Part shown: positions 25,266 to 39,400 of the stretch, in pieces
Position numbering within the stretch: the first letter of the stretch is position 1
How the letters are laid out: each line of letters begins with the position of its first letter
Source of the DNA: Yuukianura sp. NJ FZ-2021
Lineage: Eukaryota
DNA length: 64,000 nt
Direction of reading: 5' to 3'
Assembly (NCBI GenBank): GCA_046563655.1
Contig: CM102290.1
Span: forward strand, 3,906,001-3,970,000
Notes under the pieces: model-generated
What the model was told of the DNA's origin: nothing
The model's database searches: none
Seen by the model: only the letters and a program-made list of their open reading frames with translations
Program-made: the position numbers and the translations under genes

Positions 25266-26397
25266 ATGATGCAACAGCAAGGTGGCGGAAGTCTTAAATT
25301 AGGTCACCATTATGAAGGTCAACTCAACAAGTACACCAATGTTATGAAAGGATGGCAATTTCGATGGTTCGTGATAAATCCAGACCATGGGACATTGGAG
25401 TACCACGTGGTAATTTATTTTATACTCAACTGAAGGTAGAGTTGCTGATTAACGAGTTGTACTTGTTTAAGTAACGTTATATTTGTTTATAATGTTTTCA
25501 GTCAGAAGCTGAAATGAAGGCTCAACCCGCTCGCCCTCGCGGAACGCTTCACTTGGCCGGTGCTGTTATTTCTCCAAGTGAAGAAGACTCTCACACGTTC
25601 GTCGTGAACTCAGCCAGTGGTGAATCATATAAACTTCGAGCCGTCGATGCTAAGGAACGCCAAGAGTGGATTACGAGATTACGTGTTGTTGCGGAGGTTC
25701 ATTCGCAAGCCTTAGCACAAGTATGTACAGCGCTATTTCCTTTGTCTTGAATTTTGCTGGCTCCAAAATTACGAGGGCATATGTTGTATTATTGGAATAA
25801 TCTATTATTTAATTACAGACTAACAGTCCATTGGTAACAAGAGAAGCGGGAAACTCCTCAGGTCGTGTAGTGGACTGTAACTTAAGTGTTCTGGATGCAT
25901 TTGCTCATGTTCAAGAGTGGCTTCAGAGAGCGGAATCCTCATTTGTAGACATGGGAACGACCATCGATCGGTTTCCGACATCGGGTATGAGATGTTATTA
26001 CTTACGAGCTAAACATATCCAATTCTCCATCGTGTAAACGTTACTTGAGTAATAAGGAACTGGTTATTGATCTGGAACGTTCTTTTGATGTTCCTCATTC
26101 CTCAAGGTACCGTCTACAGATGAATGAAGAGTGAAGCTTTTAAGACCAACAGCATTCTTTATTAGACATAAACAAACATGAAGGATGCATTTTCCATTAC
26201 AGAAACACTATTAACTATACTAATCACTATTTTTGATTTTGGTGTTAGGACCGGGAACCAAAAGTGTTGATCGTGACCTTTTGGCGTTGAAAGCTGTTTC
26301 ACAAGCATCTCTAGGCTGTCTCGAGGGTTGCCTGTTCTCGTTGCAACTTCAGCAAAGAACCCGGGGGATCTCCGGTTCGGAATGGGACGAGGTTTGA
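25266..26397 (+). CDS. OSBP-related protein 10/11-like PH + helical/coiled-coil protein, ~225 aa, no ORD (exons 25266-25409, 25502-25720, 25819-25984, 26249-26397)
   Basis: PH domain [20 protein letters not shown]...[50 protein letters not shown], then ORP10/11-like segment IDRFPTSG...[28 protein letters not shown]; stop TGA 26395-26397. Start Met uncertain because the frame is open further upstream. Confidence 0.8.
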
Positions 26398-26905
26398 CAC
26401 TAACAATTCTACATTCAGAGTTGCAATTGCAAAGAAGAATGAAGAGAATGGTTTATAACTTTTATATAACTTAATACAAGGAATATATTATAATATATAA
26501 GACAAGAATTAGTTTCTCACTGAAAGGAGGAAAGACGGAAAACGTTGTTTTCTTTATACCTAAACCCTTCTGTATTCCATTGTCCTTGTTCCCATTGTAT
26601 ATTCGGCAGTCTTCATTTGTGCAAAATCTTTTCCAGTCTATTCTCTATCACATTGTCCATAAATCCTTTAGAATTACATTTCCCTTCCATTAATAGTAAA
26701 AAACGAATAATAATGTTTACAGTCCTGTTCCTTTCCTTTCCGCCGTCTATCTCTTCCTTGTAGGCTATTCCGACGCAACTCTGATGACAACAAGCCATTA
26801 AAACTAAACGCTCACTTACAACCAATTTCTGACGAAGTGCCCTACGCTAACATCTTAAATTAATTAATTTATATAGGTAGACTTTGCATACTCACTTCAG
26901 TCAAC

Positions 26906-28717
26906 TTATGGCACCTCATCCACACATTCCGACGCCGTTCTCTTTCTCTTATTATGACGCTGAACACTTTCAACCCAATTCTGTATGGGAGGATAGGTGG
27001 AGTCCTTAATACTGTTGTTGTTCCCTCCCTTTCCAATGTCGTCTACTGCTGGAGGAGTTGGCTCAAGAAAATGTTGAAGATTCCCTGGAGGGGAATCGTT
27101 CCTTGGAATACTTTCTGGTGGCACTCTGTCTTCCTCTCGAAAGTTGATTACCAATCTGGGATAATTCTGATCACTAATGATTATGACTGGTTTGGCCATA
27201 CGCTGATTCCCTTCAATCCCTTCAGTTTCCGATGCTGAGTCCGTCAATTCCTGATCGCTTTCTGCTTCACCATCAGCTGAATCCGTTTCATCTTTCAGGA
27301 TTATTCCTGAAGAGTCGTCGTCCTTCGCGTCACCACCGCCGCTGAGATCTTCGTCGTCCGCTTCTGGTACTTCTAAATATTCGGTACCACGTAAAACTGA
27401 TGAGTTTGCGTTAAGTTCGAGCAATTTTTCGTCGAAACCACCAGAAGCAACTAGTTCGTTCTCTGGATTTCCCATCTGGTTTCCGTTTCTGGTTAGAGAG
27501 CTGGATGAACTGCAGTTGACATAAATAGGCTCCGTCTGCTGTGCTACACGATTATATCGCTCAACGTAACGAAGGATTCCCAATGTCTGATTACTTTCTG
27601 GAAGTGTACAGAAGAGAAATCCACATGAAGATTAAAAGGAAATAAACTTTACTCATTTAGTAAAAGAAATAGAAGAAATTCCTTTCAAATGAAAATGGGA
27701 GCCCTTACCAGAGGTGCTAGTAACCAAGCTCTCTGAAGTGGACTCCATAGCTGTCATGGACAAGATAACTACCGGTTCCTCCCGCGTTGAACAACCCTGC
27801 AGCGGCAATCCACATCCCGCCCTGTCAGTAACTCCATCAGCGTCCGCCAACTTTTCAACAGTTATTTCCACAAAATCATCACTGATACTTAAGTTTCCGA
27901 TATTAGATGAAGAAGCTGGTGCAACGATAACTCCGGGCCTTGGAATCATATTAGCTGTACGACTTCTACGAGACTCTACCTCCATTGCCTGTGGACACTT
28001 TGAAACCTGTATCAAGAAAAAAGAAAACAGAGGATTAGTCGCGGTTCCTAAATTACTTTTTGAGACAAAAGAACTTGGCCAAATTAAAGCTTCTTAAACT
28101 AATTAAAAATATAGCGAAACCCACATCAATTACAACTTGCGGTCTTGTAAAAGCTTCTTTCCGTTCAAAAATCGTCTGTGCTTCAATTCCATTAGAGGAA
28201 CTAGCACCAGTTCTTGAGCCTTCAATTTCTACAATGTGTTGTCTTGCATCAAGCTTACCGAAATTCTGTTCAACTGATGGACTATATGGAAATGAACAAA
28301 AATATTTTACTTTTACGGTAAATTGTTTACTGTATCTTATTCGGCTCGATTTCGAAAAAATGTTGACTTTGACTTCTGCCGATCAAGCCTTTGGAAACCC
28401 AGCCCAGATGAAAACAAAATGTTGCTTACGAGTGTACTCCGTCATCACCCACCCCAACAAGGATTATTCTGTCCCAATTGTATCCATCGATATTTGGATT
28501 GCCGACATGCAATTCTTGATCCGTTAAGTCTGCGCCATTTTTGTCGTCCTAAACATAGTAAATAATTAATATGTCATAACACCTTAAGTTTGTTCTGTAA
28601 TCCTTGGTTTACTCGGTAATGGCTGAATGCTGATACTAAAGAAGTCTTTAACCTTACCATGTCCGTACCCTCTGCCGGCTTTTGCTTCTTCCCATTATTA
28701 CTAGCCATCAGTACCAT
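26906..28717 (-). CDS. Uncharacterised acidic, Ser-rich low-complexity protein, ~441 aa (exons 28717-28658, 28548-28430, 28281-28125, 28006-27709, 27597-26906)
   Basis: Five phase-compatible exons with GT-AG sites link ORFs 27653..28015 and 26906..27583; no recognised domain; basic KRKR near the C-terminus. Exon 3 donor position uncertain. Confidence 0.65.
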
Positions 28718-30761
28718 ACGTCTCAATTGACACAGCACTACTTCGAAAATCCGTCACACAAAACGTATTTTACAACGGCGTCCTTCGTTAGTGTTTGGTG
28801 TTGAGCATGCGCCAATGTCGTTTTTGTACAGTACTATCCAGTTAGACCTTAAAATAAATAATAAGAATTAGTTAAGCAAATGCATCTAGGCGAGGCGACC
28901 GTCAGGACAAGGACCTAGGATATCAACAAAAGGTTTTAGTCAAACATTCAGTTGAGCCCAGCCAGGCTTTAGCTAAACTTGAATTTGATTGCGGTCGTGA
29001 GGCGCTGAATATGTTTTCACGATTGAATTGGTTGGATTGATTTTAATTGAAGAAAAATTACTTGAACCACTTACATGGACTGGTCTAGCGTTAGCGGAGA
29101 TGGGAGTTGAGCACAGAGGTCAAGGGTAAGTACGAGGACGGACTGATGAGCCCTTGAAATAGGCTCACCTCGCTCACACCACGATGTTCCAGACTCTCCA
29201 GGAAGAAGAACTGAAGATGTCTTGTCTCCCGTCTCGTGTCCCACTTCTTGTGTCTTTTTTTGCCGCTGTCGCCAAGGCCTTTTTGCCGACTTTCTCTCAA
29301 TTCAAAAATTCCTCCAAAAACCGCACAAAAATTTCCCCACCCTCTCATTCGCATCAAACGAAAAGTGGCACTAACGATTGCATTATTCGGAAAATGTGTT
29401 TGGACATCCTAAATTGAATTCTTATTTCTAAACAATTAGTGTTTTGTCTATCCATAATTGACTAATTAGTAGCAACATTCTACTAAAATTAGTAGACGTT
29501 CGTTCTACGCAAATCCAATTAAACCAATGTCTTTGGTTTAGCTACACAATTTAGTATTTGTTTTTTTAGCTTCGTTTGCCCTTGAATTGTAGATTTAGAT
29601 TTATAGTAACGAATTACCAAAATTAGATTGAATATTTGATTGATTGTCAAGCAATTGATAGTATTACTACTGAAAAATTGTACTGCTGAAGAATCAAATG
29701 CTGTAAATATTAGTTAGTTGGTTTAGAAGTTGCATTGCAACTGGACTATTGTAAGAACAATGGTTTCTTAGAAAAGAGGCTCGCGCAAAAAAAAAATCTG
29801 AAAAATAGAAAGCAATTCTGTGATAAATTGAGCAAACAATCAACATTAATTTTTTATCTACCTCTGTACGTTACTTTCACCGCTGATTGAGTTCAATGTC
29901 AATGTCCAATTTAATAATGTCATTTTCCGACTTATTGGTTCTCACAGGTTGATCTCAGACTAAGTGGTGCCACCCAGGTATTAAATGACTGCTTCCATTT
30001 TCATAAACGTAGTTTTCACCATGGTAAGCACCGGATGTACAGTTAAAGTAGCGTTATGTCAAACTCAAAGGCGTTAATTAAGTGTCCAGGACAAAATAAT
30101 TGACAGAGAGCGGCTACACTTCTTCCGTGCGATTTATAAACCTATCAAATGAAATCCCTCCGTTTTTCCTCTCCATCCATTCCATATCTGGCTGCCTCAT
30201 CGTCCTTTGCTCTCTCAGTCAGTAGTAATCTTTTCAAGAGTTCTCTGTCATCATCCACCAGTGTTCCATCAGTCATCGGATTCAAATAACCGACAGATTA
30301 ACGTTGGATGTTGGACAGTGACTCCTCAGGGTCACTGGTCACAAACACACTACTGTCATTAGTTGGGGTAACACGGGAACTTCATTATTGTGACATTCTG
30401 AGTAACCCCCGGTGCCCCGGTCTTTCGAGAACAAATCTCTGGTAATTCCTTTATTCTACTAACATAGGTATAATTCGTCGAATAAATGTCAGAGGTCAAT
30501 TTGGAATTCGGTACGCTTTTTAACGACTTGTATGTCACCTGGCTTCCACTGGGGGAGCAATACGTATGTAGAATAAGTGAATGGAATACTTTGATACTAA
30601 TTCGTTGCTAATGTATCTTTGATTTTCAGCTGACACCGAACGACCTCCTTTTGATTGCTTCAGTTTCAACACATCACCATCACGCCACTACATCGAACAA
30701 TCGAGCGTGATTCCAGTCGATACTTGATTTGCCTCGGCGCGCCTAGCCTTACGAGTTTTAG

Positions 30762-32290
<1,529 letters not shown>

Positions 32291-34112
32291 CTTTGGAAGA
32301 TATTCTTTACGCTAAGGTAGCGAAGAGTCAAGGCATTATTTGAATTTGGGCAGTGGTGCACGCACATGCTGGAAGTCTTGGTCGTGTCAAAAGCATATAT
32401 TTTCTTGGGGATCCTATTCTCAGATGTTAGTTAATTTTACGAATTGTACCTTACCGTATAATACTTTCAGTTGTGTAGAATACCAAACACTTGACACCTA
32501 AATAGCCATCAGAAGTTCTCATGAATCACCCCTTTGGTTAGGGTTTAAAAACGTAGAGTGAATGCATATGAAACATTGAGACGGTGCAATTGACATTGAC
32601 ATTGACGTTGAGTGTCTAGTCGTTTTGAATGTCAATTGGAGATGACAGGCTATGTACCCGAAAACTTTGAATCCAACACCTACTATAAACTTCTTTTTCA
32701 CTTCATTCAAAATTCTCAAAATTCAAAATAGAGAATTCAAAATTCACTTGGTGTGAAAGTATCAAATCAAGTTCCACCTTTGAAACCTTCCAAATTCCAC
32801 CTTCAACAAGTTAATAACCGACTAAAAATATTTTCAACACCCAATTGTCCATGCAACGCGATTCATCTTTATAGCACTTCAAAATACTTTAGACAAGGAT
32901 CTGATTCTGTTCTAAAAAAAATGAAACCTGTACGGCAGTTTATCTACTTGTAAACTAATATGCTCAAGAACACCTTGTTACAAATTTTAACTGTACGAAA
33001 ATCCTATACCTACTTAAGTAGTGTTCTTTGACATGTAATTTATAATTTGTCTGCCATTTTTCTTTAAGGCCTAGTCACTTCTCAATCATAAGTGCATGCT
33101 AAGCTATTATTTTAGAACATAGAGAGCATATTATATCGAAGGATTTGACTGATTCACATCACAATGCTTTTGCGTTAAAACGAATTTGCTAATCATATAT
33201 TTCATTTTGTTGACATTTTTTATTTAAGCCAGGAAAGAAAGCATGAGAGAGAATTAAAAAATTCTTTGAAACATAATTATCCAGGATTTCGTTGTAAAAT
33301 TTTTACGAATTTCATTTGCAAGTGGTTTACTACAGTAGAAGTTTACTTGCTGCAAAAAATTAATATTTTATTTCCCATTGCGCTTTTTATATGCCGATTT
33401 CTTAATAACATTATATTATATGTTGAAATTCTCTTTATATATATATATAAGTATTTTTAGTTTGTTTTTCGTAATGAGCTTTTTATAACGAACATTTTCA
33501 ACCTACGTAAGTCGATTTTTTTTCCAATAACTTTCCTTACTACCCGATGTTTCCAAAAATCGGTAATGACGCTAATAGGATTTGACGTAGCTTATTTTTA
33601 GCATTGATTTTTGTTTATTTTAGTTCGACCAAAAACAATGTGTCATAGAATCCTTTCCGAATTTTGTATACCATATTAATTGACTAGCTCTTATAAAACT
33701 GTGTCAATTAATAATTGAAACTAACTTGAGTGGTTTTGTACTGACGATGAGTTTTAAGTAGGGAAATCCATAGGGTATTGTCAAAAGTACTACAAAAGTG
33801 CAGTAGAATTGAAACAGGAAATGAGGAGACCGCAGCAAATGTTACTCAAACCAGAACCAGCGCATCCACAGTTGAAACTGTGGAAATGAAACATAAAAAA
33901 GGCAATACTTTTTAAGGAACTTCGTTTTCCTCATTTTGTCATCATTTTTGGTTTTGATTTGTATTAGCTCCAGTTTCCAATTTACTCCATTTTCTATGAT
34001 TTTTAAATTCTAAATCTGAAAACTGAAGAGTACCTAAGAATTTGTTGAGTTAATTTCTGAAATCGAGTGAAAGTTAACTTTCTCTTGTTCAACTCCTACT
34101 CTTTGGACAAGA

Positions 34113-36011
34113 ATGTCGCAATCCCTATTTGACGAGAGGAACTGGGAGAGGTATGCAACTGCTTCCCTTACCTAAGCATACAAATTTTGAACTTTTTTTT
34201 TTCTAATTTTGAAGTTGGTACTTCGGTGTGATTTCACACCAAGAAGTGGAGGATCTCCTTCAGAAAGAAGATGTTGGAACCTTCCTGCTCCGAGCGTCTT
34301 CAACCGTTCCAGACACTTTCGTCATTTCCTTAAAGTAAGACCGAGTACAAAGAAATTAAATGTACCAAACTCAGAATTGTGCAAGGTTCGTAAACAAAAG
34401 AAAATGTTTTCTCTACAACAAGTTGTGCAATAACTCGGGTTTTTTGATTTTTTCACAAATGAAACCGCTTGGACTTTACCTCCATTTTATGACAATTCTT
34501 GACTTTTTTCTTCCTATGCGATTTAGTGTAAAAAAAAATGGGGAGAAACCTTTAACAAATTTGGTGCTTAAAATTGTTGGAAGGAATATTTTTGAAAAAC
34601 CTGAGTTGTTGGATAACCTATTGTAGAAATTACAATTCGGTTATCAAGGAACCATGGAATTGTGTTTGATTAATTGATCATATAATATAAATGTATAAAT
34701 ATGTCAGAGAGAAAGGTGGTGTGGTCAACTACCCAGTGAAAACTTGTGAGCAGAATGGAGCCGTAGTGCTCAAGGTTCGCGACGACTCTTTCTTCAACGA
34801 CATGCCATCGCTCCTGTCTTTCTACAAAAGAAACCTATTCAAAACGACGCCATTGGTCAAACCAGTCAGCGATGTCACCAAGCGCAAACACAGCGGCGGA
34901 GGGGTAAGTGAAAGCATGCTGCATCGAACAGCAAAAAGTGGTTCATCATTTAATCCAATCGGGTCAATTAACCTCATTCAAACAGGGCAGCGACCATTAA
35001 AGTCCAAAAATCATTGTTTAAAACGTAAAAAAAATCCCGTAAACTGAAACATGAAAAATACTATTTTCTTTGAACCTCTAAACGATTTCTTATCGACCTC
35101 GAAAAAGTTATTCCGAATGAGGTTTTTGGTCAACCATACCTTGTTGCTAACTTTTTATTAGTATAGTTCTAAAACGTTTCCACATAATAAAAAGTATATT
35201 TGAACCAAGACCCCCCTCCAGTTTCGGTGAAAGTTTGAAATTCGAATTGCATAGAAGAAGAAAAAGCAGCGACCTCTAAAAAAATTGTTTTTCACCCAAG
35301 TTGCATTACTTGGAAAAGCTGAAACAATTTTTCTTGAAAGTGTCAAACCAGATCAAAGATTTGAGGCATTCCAAGAAATTTCTGTTTCTCTTTTTTCTTC
35401 GACCGGGACTTTCTACTTCAAAAAATCATTTCCGTGTGTTTGACCCTATAAGGATAACCGAGCAAGGAATTATTTTGTCTAGCGAAAAACCATTTTTCAT
35501 CTTATTTTTCTTCTTTCGTTGTGTAGGACGCGCTAATCCAGAGATATTCGGAGAACTTATCAGCTTCTGCTTCCGGATCCAGGAGTTTCGGAAATGTGCG
35601 AATATCAGCTCCAGCGGATTGTCGCCTCCGTCATTCCCGAGAGGTGAAGCCAAACATTGGCGGAGGTTTTGAGTCTAAAAGAAGAGAGTGCTAAACTTAA
35701 CCTTTGGTGTTTATAGGAAGGACTTCCGCTCTACGTCAGAGTCGTCAAGTCACGCGTCCCTAGCCCCTATGAGGAAAAGGACCTCAGGCTCAACGTTGGA
35801 GATGTGATCAAGGTTCTCAGACGAAGCCATAACCAGTGGGAAGGTGAACTCAATGGCGAAGTAAGGCTAATGTTTTCATAATTTTGTTTTTTAAAAATAC
35901 TAAAGATACTAAAGATTTTTTTTTTGCTGTGTGCAGAAAGGATACTTTCCGTTCACGTATGTCGAATTTGTTGATCCGCCGGCCAAAAATGGTGATCAAG
36001 GATCGGGCTGA
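34113..36011 (+). CDS. Divergent Crk-like paralog, SH2 + C-terminal SH3 only, ~229 aa (exons 34113-34150, 34215-34334, 34708-34903, 35527-35643, 35717-35860, 35937-36011)
   Basis: SWYFGVISHQEVEDLLQKEDVGTFLLRASSTVPDTFVISLK, FNDMPSLLSFYKRNLFKTTPLVKP, LYVRVVKSRVPSPYEEKDLRLNVGDVIKV...QWEGELNGEKGYFPFTYVEFV; intron positions/phases match the neighbouring Crk; spliced frame is open to TGA 36009-36011. Confidence 0.85.
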
Positions 36012-36420
36012 CCTGGATTTTGGACCTAGAATTTTTGCAAACTCAAGGTCACACATGACAATTTTGAGCCCCATTTTCGTTTTTTTTAAATCTCAATGCT
36101 GAAACTGTGCAATACAAACTTTCTCTTTTGCATTTTTTTTTTGAATTCCTTACTTCTGACAATTCGGTTCACAAAAACGGCTCAACCTGGTTCATGCATG
36201 CGAGGAAGTCATTTTTATTCATCAATTTCTTTTCAGGATTTGCTTTGGTTTTTTTTTGAATGATCGAAATGACTGTTTTGCGACTCGATTTCTTGCTAAC
36301 CTACAAAATAAATTAGTAATTGACCACAGCCATTTGCCATTGGTACTCTTCTATGCAGTTGACTGGAATGCAGGAGAGATTTCTTAGAGATCATCTCTCT
36401 TGATCTGTCCTGGAACATGA

Positions 36421-39400
36421 CTAATATGTAGGCGGAATGTCGCAAGTGATTTTGTCATAGCGAGCTCCCTCTGTTTCATTGGCAGAACGGATTAAACCAA
36501 AGTCATAAGTTCCTTCCTTGGTGTAAAGGCCCTCGGGACCCTTCATTCCTCTCTGCTTGATGAACTTGATTACTTCCACTTCATCCACATTCGCCATCAA
36601 GTAGCGACATCCCCAAGCCACAAGCGCCATTGGCTGAAAAACATCGTAAAACAAACAAGAATCAGACTAAAATCTATTGTTGACCTTTGAATTTTTCTCT
36701 CTAGCCATTTCTTTCACGCTGCTATAAGTTCTAAGCTCAAAACTAAGGCAAATTCAGACGACATGCCCCGAAAACCATCAACTCAAGACATTGTAGCGGT
36801 CAATCTTGATTTTTCTGCAACACCAGCCTCATGTGGCCTCATGAAATCTTGAAACCGCCATATCTGATCCTGATTCGAATGAATGAGTGTCATAGATCAA
36901 GTCTGATTAAATTTCTTGCTCCTTGCTTTCTCCTTAGAAGATGCAGTGATTCGGACGGCCTCATGTGGAGTGAAAGTTGTTCCAGCCTCTACAGTCTCCT
37001 AGAGCCTTACTATGTTGTGGTAGAGTCAAAGCGTGATATTTTCAGTAGCCATTTGCCCTATCTCTAGTCGCTTCGCCATAATGGCTGCGTTCAGGAAAAA
37101 CAAAGTCGAGGGAGGAAATCCCTTGAGTTTTAAATCTCCAAAATACATGAGGGTGGGTTCAATGATCTTCGCGCGTAGTTGAGTCGACGATGCCATGGGT
37201 AGCATAACCTAGCCGACCGAGGGCAAGGGAACACTTTCATCCAGGAAGAAAACCACTTGAATCTCCTTCCTTACAATTTCTGCCACGAGACATACACTTC
37301 AAAGGATTCTGGGCAACGAAAAGGATTCCCGGACTGTTGTGGACTTTGACTCACTCTGGAAGATTGTTTCATGTTGGTGTGATGTCGTAATTATTCTTGG
37401 TGCTGTCCGTGAGTTTCCGTTCATGAGTGTCTGGGTATGACAAGAAGTGTTGTACCGTGGTTGCTCTAGGGTCATTGGAAGGCAGGACGGGAACGACTCA
37501 AAGCACCGCAGTATTTTGAAAAAAAAATGGAAACAAGAGAAATAAAGGCTTGGAAGTATTTCATGATTCCGGTTGAAGTAAAAGTTCGTTCTGGAACAAT
37601 GTGCCTTTCTTCCTCTATCTTTACTCCCCCAAAGTGTCAAGTTTGTACTTGGAAGTCCATTGAGCCCAATTACCAAAAGCTTACTGCTATACATAACCCT
37701 AGCTTGAATACGGTTCCAGGAAAAAAAAGAAAAATTCGAAGAAACAAAACAAAAATTTAGTTTCAGCCGTCTACACAAACTTTTTAGAATTTAATTTAGG
37801 GTCTACCCTTATAAAAGATCAAAATTATGCACAAAATAGAAAAAATGCCAACCTTCTTTTGAAAAAAGAGCAACAATTTAGGGCGAAACTTGGAAAGCCT
37901 AATGTAAACAAAAACAAATTAACTTTTAAAAACTTCTTCCGTTGAGAAACTACCCAACTACTACTATCACACTAACTAAACAAGTTGAAATGGGAAAATC
38001 CAAAGCAGGAAGTTGACAAAATATAAAACCATAACTATAATCAACCCAAGCCCTAACGACCTTTGCAACTGATGTCTCTGTTTAATTTCCAACACACTCA
38101 AAACTAAAAGCAGGTAAATTAGTAATTTTGCTTTCAAAAGAACTTTGCCTGAATTAAATATTTTATGTTTTGTCCATAAGGTAGGTTGTTGTATACTTAC
38201 GCGATCCTTTGGAAGGAAAGTGGTGGGAGTAATGACATGTTTTCCGTAACATTTCCGCACGATTCTCCTGAGACGTTTGACTTCCTCGGGATGAGTACAG
38301 GGATGATAGAGCATAACAACTGCGCCATGCTAAAAGAACAAAAGGAAACTAGAGAGTCTTTTCAGTATTTTTTTTTTAAGTTTTTAGGTACTTCTAGAAG
38401 ACTTTTTTCGAAAACAAAAGAAAAATATTTACGTGTTTTCCTGGATCATCAATCAGGAAACATTTAGCTATAAAGTGGATTTTCCTTTCACAACTTCTGC
38501 CGATTTTGATCAGAACTTTAGAGAAAGATTTAGTTTAAATTGACCCAGTAACTACTCTGAGTTCATGCAATTATTTCAATTTATTTTCTCCTCTAGGAAA
38601 CCATAGGGGTTTCCCAATTTCGAAATTGAAAGGTTTATGGCTCCTGGGAAGTCTGGAGGCGCCTCTTTTGAAATTTTTCGACTGATAGTTAGGGTAACTA
38701 AATTCAAATGGAATCAAATCTGTTCATATACCCCTTCTATGTGGAGACTAGACATACTGAAACTGTATTTCATTCATGTAGGGAGTGTTAACGCAATTCA
38801 AACCGTCATATAAATATGCCCTTATGATCCACTTTGAACTTCCGGGTTATTATTCCCTTCACATTCAAGACATGAACTCATTCCAGACACATTCTGTCGT
38901 CTACAAAATGTCAAGAGACTCATGTCGTTTAAACAACTGCTGAGTTTGCCTAATCCAAATGTTATAGCTATGTCGGGTTTCTAATGCTACGCAGCTAACT
39001 AATAATTTTTTTAGTTTTATAGTCTAAAGTATCGTTTTTGCAAAGTGAGACGCGACAAGAACTTTTTTCCAGTTTCAAAAATATTCCTTCCCGAAGTACT
39101 TTGAGGAAGTCTACAGCAAATGGGTGTGACCTTTTGAAACGGGGTGAAAGCGAGGTCATGCCCCCTTTAGTCTGCTAACGATTCTCCCGTTTTGTTTGAA
39201 CCGTAGAGTGTAACGGGTTAGAATTTTGAAAAGACTATGGAAAAATGTTTTGTTAAGGACAAGACGTGAGGAAAGCAAAGGAAGCGTCTGGTGGAGTCAG
39301 AAACAAAGTGTGTGGAAATTGGAGGTTCATGTGGATTGAGGTCTCTGCTGGAACAAAGTCTTTAGCACCCACTTTCACTTTCAGAACTACTTTCTCCGTC

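Noticed and set aside
27714..28565. Plus-strand ORFs of 80-155 aa
   Set aside because: Antisense shadows of the minus-strand spliced gene; they contain no ORD motifs that would extend the ORP-like gene.
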